This document shows, piece after piece, positions 49,430-63,484 of a DNA stretch of 64,000 nt. The DNA is taken from NCBI RefSeq assembly GCF_000143415.4, contig NW_003314285.1, forward strand, positions 66,311 to 130,310, in the 5' to 3' direction. The stretch is from Selaginella moellendorffii. Lineage: Eukaryota > Plantae > Lycopodiophyta. The translations under genes and the position numbers were made by a program. A model generated the notes under the pieces. That model did no database searches. It was given only the letters and a program-made list of their open reading frames with translations, and was not told the origin of the DNA. Each line of letters begins with the position of its first letter. Within the stretch, counting starts at the first letter, position 1.

Positions 49430-50149
49430 AACTCCTCATCGTCGTCGTTTTCCTCGTCATGCTCACTTTCATTGTCATCTTCCACTGTTGTAGACTGCTT
49501 TGCCTTGAGAGTGTGGATCTCACTATGGAGCTCCATGTTTTCTTTAGTGAGCTGGTCATTGATGCATTGGTCTTCACACACACTATCCTGCTATGNNNNN
49601 NNNNNNNNNNNNNNNNNNNNNNNNNNNNNNNNNNNNNNNNNNNNNNNNNNNNNNNNNNNNNNNNNNNNNNNNNNNNNNNNNNNNNNNNNNNNNNNATCTT
49701 AGTGCTACAGATCTTGATCTTGATGCTCAGAGATACAACTGTAGGTGCTAGGGTTAGGGTCTTGCCCTATGCCATGGAGTGTCGAGTTTAAGTCCTTGTA
49801 ATAATTTTCTTTTATTTTCTCTATGTTGGTGTGGTAGTGTTGGAGAAGCTTGCTTTATGTTGGTCTTTGGCACGTTTATTGCTGAGTCTTGAGAGATTTT
49901 TTGGTCTCTAAGTCTTGTTTTTTGTTGAAGTTCTTGAAGTTGTTGTTTTTCTTCATGTTGAGTTCTTGAACTTGAAGTTTGTAAACCTTGAATATGTTAG
50001 GTTGAGTCTTCATAGTCTTGATTTCCTGATCTTCATACTTGAATTAGTTCTTGATGTTTTGTTTTTGAATTTCAAAGTTGAAACTTTCACTTCTTTCAAG
50101 GTTGTATTTCAACGTTTGAATTGTACGATTGCTATTTCTTGAGATTGTT

Positions 50150-53100
50150 GAGGTTAACAGTTTGGAGATGCTTACCATCAAATGTTGTGATTGTTACCAT
50201 TCCCAGATCTTTGAATTCTTGGATGAGGAATGGTCCTTCCCATCTTGACTTTACTTTAAAGCCAATTTTCTCAATGTTTCCTCAAAACTAAAATACTTGA
50301 TCATTGATTTTGAATTCTTCACTTTTCTTTAGTCTTCTTTTTTTGTCATAGTTAGCTTTTCTTCGAGCTTGAATGGCTTCAAGTTTCCAAATTGCTTGTA
50401 GTCTTTCTTTGTCAAGTTTTTCTAGCGTTACTAGTCTTTTCTTAGTTGATTCTTCTTGGTTGATATTGTAGTGTATTGCCATTTGCAATAAAGGAACAAT
50501 GTACTCAAGTGGTGTCAAGGCTTTTAAATTCTAGGTGAGCTTGAATGGTGTCAAATTTGTTGAAACCTTACATGCGGTTCAATATGCCCATAAGGCATCG
50601 TGGATGCAATCATCCCAATAGTTCTAATTTATCTTCATGATTTTCTTGAGGATATTCTTGAGTGTCTTATTTGTAAACTTTGCTTGACCGTTGCCTTGAG
50701 GGTAGTACAGTGTTGAAGTCTTGTGTTTGATAATGAATTCTTGAGTCAGAATCTTGATGGTTACATTGATGAAGTGTGTTCTTCAATCTGTGACAAGTTC
50801 TTAAGGTAGGCCGTATCTTGTATTGATATTTTTATAGATGAACTTTGCTGTATTTTTTACCATTGCAATCTTCATTGGTTAAGTTTCGGCCCATTTTATC
50901 AGGTAGTTAGTTGCTATAAGGATGTATTTGTTTCGCTTGGAGCTTGTTATAATTAGTCCAACAAAGTTAATCCCCATTGTTGAAATGGTTCCAGTGGTGT
51001 AATTGGATAAAGCTCTTGAGTTTGTTTTTTTAGTGCGTACTTAATTCGTTGACAAATGTCGCATTCTTGATAAAATTTTGTTGAGTCGTGCCAAAGTGTT
51101 GGCCACCAGAGTCCTGTTTGCAAAAAATTTTGAGCTATGATTTCTTCTACAAAGTGGCCTCCTACTTGCTCATAATGGGCTTTTTCGAGTAGATGTTGAG
51201 TTTCTTCAAGTTTTATATATTTTCATAGTATGCTGTCTTGTACTTAGTTGAATATGGTCTTGTTGTCAAGACAAATTGCTTATAGTAATTAGAGGTGGAG
51301 TATCGACTTGTTATTATTGCTATTGTAAAGTAGTAGTAGATATTGTCCGTCCATATTGGTGATATATGGATGCAAAGTATGTTGGAGTTAGAAAAGTCAT
51401 CCATGTTATGTTTCGGTTGTTTGCCAATTGTAATGCAGTTGAGGTGGTGGGATTGTTCATGTTGTTTTTCAGGTTTGTGAATAATCTCGAAGTTGTATTC
51501 TTGAAGCAATAAGAACTATCAGGAAATTCTACCAGTGATGATGGTCTTGTTGAAGAGGTGTAGAAGTGCTTTGTGGTCAACCATGATCTTGACTTTGGTG
51601 CCGAGTAGGTAATGCTGAAGCTTTTGTAGTGCATAGACCATTCCTAAGGTTTCTTGATGGTGGTGTAGTTCATCTTAGTTGAGTTAAGCCTTTGGGTAGC
51701 ATAATAGATTGGTCGATCTTTGAGGTTTTATTGTTGTTGAGAAAGTATTACTTTGATGGCATAGTCAAAGGTGTCGACTTGTATGTTGAAGTTTTTGTTC
51801 TAGTTTGGTTAAGTGAGTATTAGAGCTTTTATTTTCTTGAGCATGTCGAATGTTTGTTGATAGTATTGAATCCAGTTGTAGTGTGATTTTTGTTCAAAAG
51901 CTCTATGAGGGGTTTTGCAATCTTCACATAATCTTTGATAAAACATTGATAGTATCCCATTTTGCCGAGGAAAGATCATAGTCCAGTGATGTTTGTTGGG
52001 TGTTGCATGTTGATGATGGCAAGTGTCTTGGCTTTGTCCAGAATGTCTTCTTTGTAAACAATATGTCAAAGTAGGATGTTGGATTTGACAAAGGTAGACT
52101 TCTTGGGGTTTAAGGTGATGTTGTTCTCTCAACATTTGATGAAACATTTCTCGAGATGCTGGAGGTGTTGTCCTTTGCTATTGAAGACGCTGAAATCATT
52201 TATAAAAACTCACATGAAGTCGGTGAGGTAATCTCAAAATATGGTGATGATTCTCTAGAAAGTAAATAGTGCATTAGAAAGACCAAAAGGCATTCTTAGA
52301 TAAGCATAAACACCCCAAGGACTGATGAAGGCTGTTTTGTATTGATCTTTGGGTGCAATGTGAACTTGATTATAGCTGCTGAAGCCATTGAGAAATGAGT
52401 ACATTTCATATCCAATTACTACATTGAAAATTTCATTAGAAAATGGAATTGGGAAGGTGTCTTTCCAGACTACATTATTGAGCTTTTTGTAGTTGATGTA
52501 GACTCTGAATTTTCTGCTTTTCTTGAGAACAATAACAAATGGTGATAGCAATTCTAAGTTTTGAATAGGGTAGATGAAGCTAGCATTCTCAAGCTTGTCA
52601 ATTTCTTCTTTAACTTTCGTTTGCATGTTGGGGTTTATTCGATTACTTTCTTAGTATAATTTGAGGTAGAAGCTCGATTCGATGTATGTAAATCGTGAAT
52701 CTGTATATGACCAAGCAAAAATATTTATGCACCTATCAAGAAGATTGATTGTTTTTGTTTTGAAACCAGAGTCAAAATCTTTGGCAATGTAGAGCTTCTT
52801 TGGTTCATCTTTAGTTCTTAAGTCAATCTCTTTAGTTGGCTCTTCGAGGTTAAATGTTGATGTGAGTGAAGTTCCTTTTTGTTAATGTGTTGGATCTTCT
52901 TCAAGATTGATTTTTTGATTAATCAATTGGAGTTGTTCAAATTTGATTTCTGGTCGATCTTATTGCTTCTTGATTTTTGTTGGTGTGTTGATGGTTGTTG
53001 AGTTTTCTTGACTTGGGAATTTGCCTTCAAGGTTCTTTTCTTGAGTATCAAGATTTATTGTGCAATTTGTACTATTTTTCGGGATGACTTGGTTTATATC

Positions 53101-55780
53101 AACTTCATTGAGAGGCTTTAACTTTGGATATGCCTTCAAGATTTGTGCTTCGATTTGTCATCAAGAACTTCATTCCAATCATATTGTTTGATGATGGTTG
53201 AAATTTCTTTGTCATCTTCTTTGCTGTGCTTGTGGAGATTTGAGAGGCTTCTTAGTGCTCTCCCAGGGTAATTATGTTTTTTTGCCAGTATGTAATGATT
53301 TGTTAGTAGATTTTCTTTAATTTCTATATATATTAAATGTATTTACTTTGTTTAATGAGTAAATTTTTGTAATGCTTTGCATGATATTTGAATATTTGGG
53401 TATAGTCTTCAATGTCTTTTTTACTGCCTTATTTGATGCTCTTGAGATGTTCTAGGTGTTCCATTGTTGTGCTGCCAAGTTGATATTTGTCTTTGAATCT
53501 TTGAATCTTTTATTTGTAATCGAGTTTCTCTTCGAAGTTGTAGTACCATTTAAATGTTTTGCCTTTGAATGTAAAAGGAAAGAGAAGTGCTTTATTTTCT
53601 TGTTGCTAGTTAACTTTGATGATAAGGTTGAATTGTTGGAGATGTCTTTTTGCATCTTCAGTTTTACTTCCAGTGAAAATTGAATAGGTGATAATATTGT
53701 CATATGGTGTTGCTGGGTTAATGAGTATCGTGTCTATAATGTTGTTTAGAACTTGTTCTTCAGATGATAGTGGATACAATTGATAATTATCGATGGTGTA
53801 ACTTTTATATTCTGGAGTCTTTAGTAATAGTATATCTTCGTTTAGTTATAAATCTTTTATTGTTAAGTTATCTCCTAATTTTGTTGTAGTTGAGCGGCTT
53901 GATTCATCAACTTGTGTTGCTTGGTTTTTTTTGTTATAAGTGTTAAATATCGTCTTAAGGATTTCTTCTTGAGCTTGAGTTTTTTGCTATTTCTCTAGTG
54001 CTGAAGGTTGTTGGAGTTGTCTTCTACTTTATCAATTTTTTTTGTCATTGATCTTGCTCGCTCTTGTATCTTGAGTCGGGTCAGGTTTGTGCTTGTATAT
54101 TTAATATTGTGCTAAAGTTTTCTTGAGTTATTGTTTTCTTGAATTTGTTTTGTTGGATTTGTTGTTGTCTTTGTTTTATTATGTTCTTTTCGAAGAAATG
54201 TTATGTTGTTATAAAATTGTGTGGTGTAGATTAACACGATCTTGTGTGTTAGTATTTGTGTTGCTATGTCATACTCAGCTTAGTAAAGTTGATCAGTCAT
54301 TAACAAGGTTGTTAATCACCAACTTTGGGATCAAACAAGAGTGCATAGTATAGCTACTCTTTTTTCCAGTCCTTGTTGTGTTAAATTGTTATAAAGTAAT
54401 TATAACCTACCTCTAATTGTGTTGTATAAAGTCTTGCATGTTCTCACTATGAGTGTCTACATTCTTTAGTCGATAGTGATATTTAAAACGTCTGAGCTGA
54501 GTAGTGGTTGTATTTTAAGTGTTGTTGTCCTCGAGATTGTTGTTGAAACAGGTTTCTAGATTATTGATTCTTGTATTTTTCTATTTTCAATTATAGTCCA
54601 TACATCAAGATATAAATTCCAATAGATTTCTTTAGCTAATAGTTGCAGTGTTTGGGGGTGTATCTAATGTTCTTTTGCCCAAGTTCCTCTTCTTATTTTT
54701 TTATTTTGTAATTCGTGTATGGTTGTGCCGACAAGTGTAATATATCTGTCAAAGAATTGTCATCCAATGATTTCTTTGATTTGTTGTAGTAGAAAGGTTA
54801 GAAGTTTTTCATATATTCATTGTACTTTGTATTGATTGTAATGTTGTTTTTCTTCTCTTTGGCAAATATATTCTCAATCTAGATAGATGTTAAAAATTAG
54901 GAAAGTTCTAGGATGATTCTCCACATGTAGAGTTCAATTTTGTCTTGGTTTCTTACAAATGTTTCATAGTGGATGATAATTCCAGAGCAGACTATATGTG
55001 TATTTTTTGATTTTGTTAATCATAGACTTTGTTGAAGATTCTTTCTTGAATCTTGAGAGATAGATTCTTGAGTGTCCTTAGGAATTGTTTTGTTTCCTAC
55101 ATTCAATAATGCAAAGTGTCATGGTGTCAGTTTCTTCAATTTTGATGTCATCTTCTTCTAATTCAGGTTTATTACTGTCTTTCTTGTTTTTCTTCAATAT
55201 GTGTTTGTTGTTGTGCTTTTTCAAGTATTCTTGGACTTCTCTTGGGATTATCTTGATAATGACTAAAGTAAAATTTCAAAGTCATAATACTGGGTCAATG
55301 ATGATTTGGATTGTGGTGTTGTTGATGATTTCTTGAAGTTGGGTTTCAAGTTTTTGAGTTGATTCTTGACTTTGAATTCTTTGAGTTTGTGGAAGAACTT
55401 GATTTTGCTGGTGAGGCAATTTGATTGTTCTTTGTTATCTTATTTGTTGCTGATGAAGCGGTGATGTTTGCAGGTGTAAAGGAAGATAGCATTGAGGTTG
55501 TTTTTTTGTTGCTTCATTCATTATCGTAAACTTTCTTAACTCTCAAGATAACATTTCTGAGTGTCAAAAAAACTTTCTTGAATCTTGCAGTCTTAAGTGT
55601 TCTTGAATGTTAGTTGTAACTACATCAATTTTAGTGAAGACTGATGTATTGGTTTTCTGTCATCTTCAATAGAGTGGGTAGTTTTTATTTTGTTAGATTT
55701 CATTGAGATCTTCACGATTTCATAATCTTTATTTCTTTTTCTTCTCTTTGGTGTGTTTCTTGGCATTTCCTATTTAGATT
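50150..55780 (-). mobile_element. Decayed Ty3/gypsy internal region
   Basis: RT (YSFLNGFSSYNQV...YLRMPFGLSNA, 52255-52626), RNase H (LQEYNFEIIHKP) and integrase remnants, with many stops. Confidence 0.85.
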
Positions 55781-55813
55781 TTAGTTGTTTTTGAAATGTC
55801 TCTGGTTTGTTGC

Positions 55814-58800
55814 TGTAGCACATATGGTTTTGACCCTTTATCCTATGGTGATTTACTATAGGATAACCATGAAGTGGAACTTAAACCCTCTTTGTGCCAC
55901 GTGACATATGCCACATGTCACATGCCATGTGTCCATAGCACAGTGGTGTGGAACCTGAGTGTAAGCAACCAAAGGGAACGACTTGAGAAACGGTCCATAG
56001 GGGTTCAAATATAGAGGGAAAGGGCCCATGAACAAGAGTGCACCCCCTTTTCCAATCGGTTAAGGGTCTTGGGATAGTTGGAGTTAAGCGTCCTTGGGTT
56101 TGAATAGTACTGGGTTGGGTGACCTCCCGGGAAGTCCAAATTTAGGAGCTTACACTGAGGTTCAGGGCCTTGGGCCACTGAACGAAGGAACAGTGCCAAA
56201 CCCCCAAGTATGGAGCCAAGGAGTGTTGGAACTGGACCACGGAGCAACTAGGAATTCAAGTTGCTTAAGTAAGTGTCAGTAACATCCTGATGATGTCTCA
56301 AACCCAAGAGACCAATCCAAACCAAACCATAAAGAACATGTGGTATTGCGTAAAGCAATAAACCATCAAAAAGAACAACTAACCATCATAAAAGATCATC
56401 AATCATCTCATAAATAGAGAGATACATAATTATTATCGAAGAAAGAATCCACCATCTCGAAGAATGGCAAATCATTCTAGATCAATAATAATCAAGCAAA
56501 ACCTCTAACAAAGATAATCAATTATCCTAGATGATAGTCAATCATCATCAATGATTACGAGATACAAAAGTTAACATCAATAACGAAGCCAAGGAGCCAA
56601 AATGCCTTCCCCAACAACTTTTAACAAATGGAACAATAAGCACAAAGCTCAAAGGACCAAAAGCTCGAAGAAGCTTATACTCAACTTTTGCCTAATAATG
56701 ATCACAAGTCTTGCATGAACTAACTTCAATGCTAAAGAAGAAATCATGGTGCAACCTACAATATCTTCCTCAACACATCCATAAGCTAAACTTTATAATT
56801 CTAAAGCTAATGAAGAGCATTTCAGCATCAATCCAAAAGCTAAGCACAATGGAGGTATGCTTAACAAGTAATCACTAAACAATCCTCCATAAATCCATCT
56901 ACAGCAAGACGTAATTCACTTAATAACAAGGACAAAGAGAATCATTAATGATTGATATATCCCCAACTTAAATCCATAAGAACTCAAACATTCTAATATC
57001 GATCACTAACTCTTCCTCTCATAGAGTTAGCATAGTCCATGACTAAATCACTTTTTCAGGAAAAGCTAAGGCTCAACCCTACTAAACAATTTTGTCTAGA
57101 ACACAACTAACTCAACTTGCCACTCAGTTCATTTGAATATCAATATAGTTGCTAACTAGCAAATGCACGAATGCCAATAACACAGAGTTACAACCAAATC
57201 ATCAACACTATCTTCATCAAAACTAATGAAACTCAATATCAATTCTACAGAGAAACATTTCATTTCACTCAAATCTCAACATCAACACAAGGCATCACTT
57301 CAATGCCATCAACACCAGAATAAAGCTAGAAGAAAGCAAAAGTGAATCACCACTCAAAGCTCTTTAGCAACCAAGCTAGCCAAAGTTGAAGATACTTTAA
57401 TTAGTATCCGAAACCAATTCTTCAACAATACTCAGTGTCAGATAACATCATCAAGGAGTGATTCACCACATCTAAGACTCAATGAAATCCAACACTATGA
57501 ACTAAACACAACCAAATGATATCGACAAAGGTAGAATCAACATATCAACATAGAAAACCATGCAAGTCTAACAATACGATCCTCCACAACACCATTTGGT
57601 AAAGCAAGCCCATCACCGCTAAATCATCATTGAGCAAAGCAAGTGTCAAACAATCCTCAACAAAGTCTCTAAGCAATCATTACTTGTTGAGCAACTAATA
57701 ATCACTCTTTCAACTTGCCTTCACAAGACCCAAACACTAAACTCATGCCATCAAGTCATATACTTATCCAATAGTAACGTAATACTTCATGTACGAAATA
57801 TAGGTTTATGGACAAGCATGAACTAAATGACCACTTGAATCCAACTCAACCGAAATAAGCTCACTAATGTATTTAGCCAATAGCTCTAAACATGCCTTAA
57901 AGACGCTAACTATGTGATCAACACTTAGTCGAAACTAAAGTGAAGACTATGAGATAGACTCATATCAGTACACAACCTCCTCATAGACAAAGCTATAGTA
58001 CCAGTACCAACATCTCAACCTCAAATAACTAAGTTGGACATCACCATCCTCAACCAAGGTGCAGGGCCACCAAGACTAAGTCAAGATCAGTGAGAGCTCA
58101 CTATTCTCATAGAGTCTAATACAATGCAAGGTGCAACCTGCCACTAAGCACAACATTGTAGAAGAAAGGCACAAGGGTCACATTTCTTAGAAAAGTGCAA
58201 CAACCACTTTTCTATACCAATTCCAGACTCTATCCAACTTAATTGCTTTAGCCCCAAAAGTTAGCATCCCTTTCAGGCCGCATCATACAAACTATCTACT
58301 AAGGTCTAAGCCAACCGAAATCAACTCCAACCCCTTCTCTAATTTGTACTAGCTTACGAAAACAGAATGGTTTTCGAGCAAAGTGATCAACTGATCAACC
58401 ATTGGAAAAACTTAAGAAAATTTGTGGAAAATTTTCTATCCTAGAGAAAGAAAGACTTAACCAACTTCCTTCGACTAACAACTTCACATAAGTTCACCTC
58501 AACATAGATTCTCATGACCCAGCAATATGCTTAAGCATTGAACATCTTTGCCCATATAACTGACATCCAACAACATCTGCAAAAGGCAAAATGAATATCC
58601 AAGGCTTGATCACAAAGACCATATCTTTGGATATTCACATTTGCACTAACACTCTTCTTTAATCACTTTCAAGATCCAATGTGAAGCCTAAATATTAACA
58701 AGAAAAATGACATGGAAAATCAAGGTCTAAAGAGAATTCTTTGTCACTCAAAATAACAATGCCACTTTCATTAACACAAGTGCTAGTGATGTCAATGCCT

Positions 58801-60675
58801 CAACTACACACTTTCTCCATCCAACAATTTACTTCAAATGCTAACAGATCAACTAACAAGCCATAGCAAGTGAATGTTATAACCCTTTCCAACACTTTAA
58901 TGGGCAAACTCAAAGAAACAAAGTACTAACATAAACTTAGCGTAATGGACCATCACCAAGAATTCAGTTAAAGTAACTTTAATGCTACTTCATGCAAGTA
59001 AACTAGCTTCTCCATCAACCACTTTGGGATTGATCACATCGTTAACACGTTGCTCAATATCACATAGATATGATAAATATCACAATGAATTGATCATCAA
59101 TTGAGCAACACCATGAGCAACACTTATGTCATTATTTCAAAGGTTTATATAACTATTAAGTGCCAACTCAATTCGACAAAATGCAACATAAATGCCATAC
59201 TCCGCCGATAGAAATTTATAACACCACTAACTTTTGTTCATAACACAGATAAACTCATGCCACTCTCTTTCCGACCAATCTCAAAACTAATCTAACACTA
59301 AGCTACTCAAGGAGCAATAGCAAATTTCCCTGGAAAAGAATTGAGCATTGCAACCCAAGTCTTTAATAACAAACCGAGACAAAATGGTTTAGTGCTCCAC
59401 CACTATCCATCCCACAACTCACCACTTATAAGACCACCATAACCAATATGCATCAAGGTAGGGACTCTTGATTGCATAATGCGAACATAAGTAATGAGTT
59501 ACACCTCGTTGCAAATCATCTCTCCAAGAAGAGAAAATGATTTACATATTTGATCCTTCGTCCTCAATGACTCTCTTTTCGGTCTCATCTTTGACTAAAC
59601 CTCAAACTTGCATTCGCACTGCCTTCAGTCCAATCCAAGAAAAGTTTATGAGAAAACACGACAATGATTACTTGAATCAATAGACTCATCCCTATAGTCT
59701 TGATTGATCCACTTGTAACCATGTCTAGGAAGGATCCACTAGTGCCATGTTAAACAGCTATAGACCAGCATATTGCCACTCATAGCAAACCCAGGGAAGG
59801 TTACTTTCACCCATGGTATATGGAGCAACTCATGGAACCACTGGAACCATCAATAGGCTTACATTAATCTTGCCAACTCAAAGTGCAACCTTGAGTTGCT
59901 AATGTGCCTTACGAGCCCAAGCACAAACTGGTGCAAATGGAACATCTCAAATCCATTTTATGAGCCCAAGCGCAAGCTCACATAATTTGGTACAAAACGG
60001 TAACCAAATCCATACCCAAGGAACAATTGCGAAGCCCTTGCACCAAACTTGTACTCACTCGGATCATCATTTTCATCTCTGCATATGCAATGAGATTAGT
60101 TGCCCAATCTCATTAAATAGTACTCGCTGAGACTCTTCCTCTGATACCAAATATAGCGCACGTGGTTTTGACCCTTTATCCTATGGTAATTTACCATAGG
60201 ATAACCATGAAGCGGAACCTAAACCTTCTTTGTATGCCACATGTCACATGCCACGTGTCCATAGGACAATGGTGTGAAACCTGAGGTTCAAGGCCTTGGG
60301 CCACTAAATGAAGGAACGGTGCCAAACCCCCAAGCATGGAGCTAAAGAGTGTTGGAACTAGACCATGAAGCAACTCCTGAGCATGCAACCCAAGGAGTGA
60401 AGGGATAGGAGCTTGGAGCAACTTGAAACAATCCTAGAGCAACCAACATCCCAATCCCAAGACCAACACGCAAAACAAAGTCAAACGGAGTTTGGTGCTA
60501 TTTTAGCATACCGGTGGCCTAACACGAGGACATGGGTACTCCATCAGCTAGCATGGTGTGGAGCTTGGGCTTAGACACAAGCTAGATGCAGAACAAAGAC
60601 AGACATGCAAGCAAAAGCTGGACTATGCCTCAGGTTAGTCGGCCATGCCCAACCCTACCACTATCCCTACTATAC
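55814..60675 (-). mobile_element. Highly decayed LTR retrotransposon (gypsy-like) with related LTRs starting at 55814 and 60152
   Basis: Direct repeats begin tgtagcacatatggttttgacc and tatagcgcacgtggttttgacc. PBS tRNA-iMet ctctgatacca at 60139-60149. Faint RT and protease remnants. Confidence 0.7.
55960..56154 (+). mobile_element. Cassandra-type solo LTR with 5S rRNA-derived segment
   Basis: TGTAAGC...GCTTACA ends, TSD CTGAG, absent from the sister LTR at ~60280. 5S-like agttaagcg...agtactgggttgggtgacctcccgggaagtcc at 56082-56137. Confidence 0.9.
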
Positions 60676-62649
60676 ATTTGGANNNNNNNNNNNNNNNNNN
60701 NNNNNNNNNNNNNNNNNNNNNNNNNNNNNNNNNNNNNNNNNNNNNNNNNNNNNNNNNNNNNNNNNNNNNNNNNNNNNNNNNNAAAGGGCATGATAGCGAG
60801 GGTGTTTGGCAGACACGGTAACTATCATCTAGTGAATATTGAGGGACCAAGCTCAATATCGCAAGGGTTCCCAACACTAGCAAGTGCAAGTCAACGAATG
60901 AGTTTCTCTAACCAGGTCAAGTATGCTTGACTAAATAGACACTTAGGAATTCCTTCCTTATGCTCATCTGGTCAAGTGCACATGTGAGGACCAGTTTCTC
61001 AACTAGCTTAGGAGGAGATTGATAACGGGTCCAGCAATACTAACCTCCTGCCATCGTGGCAGTAACGAAAGAATATCCAAAAGGACTGGTCGAGAGGTAA
61101 CTTTAGATACCTGAAGTCACATTCGCGATAGTTGCATAGTTGTAGAAAGCTAGAGGGATTTTGATGTCATTGTTCTTGAGTTGGTACTATGTTTCTCACC
61201 CTAGAACATGCTATCGAACACACAAATCTATTAGAAACTAACCTAAGACCTTTAATCCCTAAGAAGGCTCATGCGAAAAGTATCATGAGTAAGGATAAGC
61301 TTAACATCATTAAAACACTATGAGTCTTGAGCAAATGGATATGCATTGATGATAAGCTGGAGTACAATAGAAATAGGGATAGGGGTTGAGTGCTTACTCT
61401 CCCCCTTAACTACTTTTATATGGTGGCAATCACCACTTCTTCATGAGTTCTAATTATCAAGATTGTAACCGTGAGTGTTAAGGTCGTAATTCTGACTATC
61501 AGAAAATGCCTGAATGCATGGTTAATCGGCTGTGTTTTAGACTACTTGACTCGTTGGGTAGAAGTCAATGCTCTTGCTAACACATCTGCAACTATTGTTA
61601 GATACTTCCTCCTCAATTGAGTGGTGTTTTAGCATTCCTATCTAGAGTAGATTCTTTTGGATAATGGACCTATATTTATGGCTAAGGCATTTCATGTTTT
61701 GATATTTCGGTGAGGGATATGCCATACTTTCACAAATGTTTATCATCCATAGTCAAACAATTTAGTGGAACAATTCATTCGGACCTTCAAAAGGATGATT
61801 GCAAAATATATAAACATTCAATATTCAAATTGAGATGGTTATTTGCCGTTTCTTTGGTATACGTATGTCATAGAGGTGTAGAGTTCTATTGGTGTTTCAC
61901 CATATAAACTCTTATATAGTCATGATCTAATACTACCAATAGAGTTGGGTTTACCTTCGTGATTGCCATGAGCTGCTGATGCTAGATCATACAACAATGG
62001 CACTACAACTCCTATCATCGTCCACTTGTGGAATATAAAGTGGATGACTTAATGTTAATTCGTTTTCCTAATTTTACGATACATGGTTTATCTAAAGGGC
62101 TCTTTGCTTAATGGAAAGGATTGTATCGGATGTTGTGGCAAGTTAGATTGCAAGTTTATGACATTTGGCATAACATCTAACATGTTGATCCTCTAGAAAT
62201 TATGCATATATAATAGCTGAAACGATTTATACAAAAGAATCAAAAACAACTGGCACCACTTACAGATCCATCAATGCTTCCTTCTAATGTTCCTTTGGAT
62301 CTAACCCATTTACAAGAGAACCTTGACAGTCTTCTATCATTCCAAGAGGAAGAGATGATGTGAGGTCCAAATATACAGTTAGGATGCCATACACTAATAT
62401 TAGTGTAGTGGGATTTTAATAGCCATTGGATTGATTTCAATTTGGACCATTCACTCCTGTATTTAAACTAAATTTTTAGGCTAATTGATATATACATTTT
62501 TGTATTCTATTTCTATATTCCACACACTTACAAAATAACATCAAGCATTACTGCATACAATATTTGGTATGTATGTGATGCTTCCACAAAGATGCTAAGT
62601 GTGGAAGCATCACCCAAGCGCAAAGCTAGTTTGATTCAACCTAGCAGAA

Positions 62650-62835
62650 AGATATCATTTTCTGGAACTCCATGATCACCCTCTATGGTCAGAATGGTCA
62701 CAGTAGAGAAGCTCTACACTTTCAGAGACATGGTTCATGCTGGCAATGGAGTGGAGTGGAGGAGTGCTCTCTCCGCATGCAGCCATTTTCGGCCCATAGA
62801 TATTTCTTGAGCAAGACTATGGAGTTTCTCCCACG
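62650..62835 (+). pseudogene. PPR fragment
   Basis: DIIFWNSMITLYGQNGHSREAL, followed by a frameshift. Confidence 0.55.
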
Positions 62836-63484
62836 ATCAGGCACTACATTTGAATCATCGATCTTCTGGCGAGAGGTGGATGACCGTCAGCTGCTTGCGA
62901 AGCTCAAGGCAAAGCTGGGAAAGCAGCAGTAAAGACTTTAGCGGAATCTCGAGCTCTCCAGCAAGTTGGAGATATTTTTCTTCTTGTTGGCGATTCCAGT
63001 ACAATAGTGTTGCTGCCATTGCTGCTGAATGATTCTCGGCTTGGATGAAAAGCAGGGGAGGCCACCTTTTTGAGTTTTGAAACTCTCGACTAGCGAGTTC
63101 TACATCATCTTCTACTTCTACTGCCGGACGACAAGTTTGATCATGCAGCTTGTATATCGAACACAGCAGTGCATATGGTCTCTCGGGATCCAGCTTAAAC
63201 GCTTGATGTGCCGCTCGTCCTCCCCTCTTGGAGTCCTTGTACGCTCCCAGCAATAACGTCCACACCAGTGGCCCCGGCATACATCTGCCACAGCAAGTTT
63301 CCACAATCCCGGCTACAATCGATCTGCCAATTCCGCGTTCTGGCACATCTCCACAAGATCTCCACATAATTTCTGGAAGCATCCGTGCAAAAAAGACCAC
63401 GAAAGGAAGAGAAAGATAACACCATCAAACATCCATAGCTCGCTCTCTTTCTTTCATTTGATCAATGACCAATCAAACCATTTT

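Larger units (their letters stand above)
47090..62532 (+). mobile_element. Old decayed copy of the 9771-14758 gypsy family (47090-48652 + 61540-62532), split by nested insertions
   Basis: Colinear homology to 12120-13675 and 13697-14760 with many transitions. 3' LTR at 62359-62532. Confidence 0.88.

Noticed and set aside
56082-56137. 5S rRNA gene (also ~49255-49310)
   Set aside because: Only the internal ~55-60 nt is 5S-like, and it lies within a TSD-flanked LTR.
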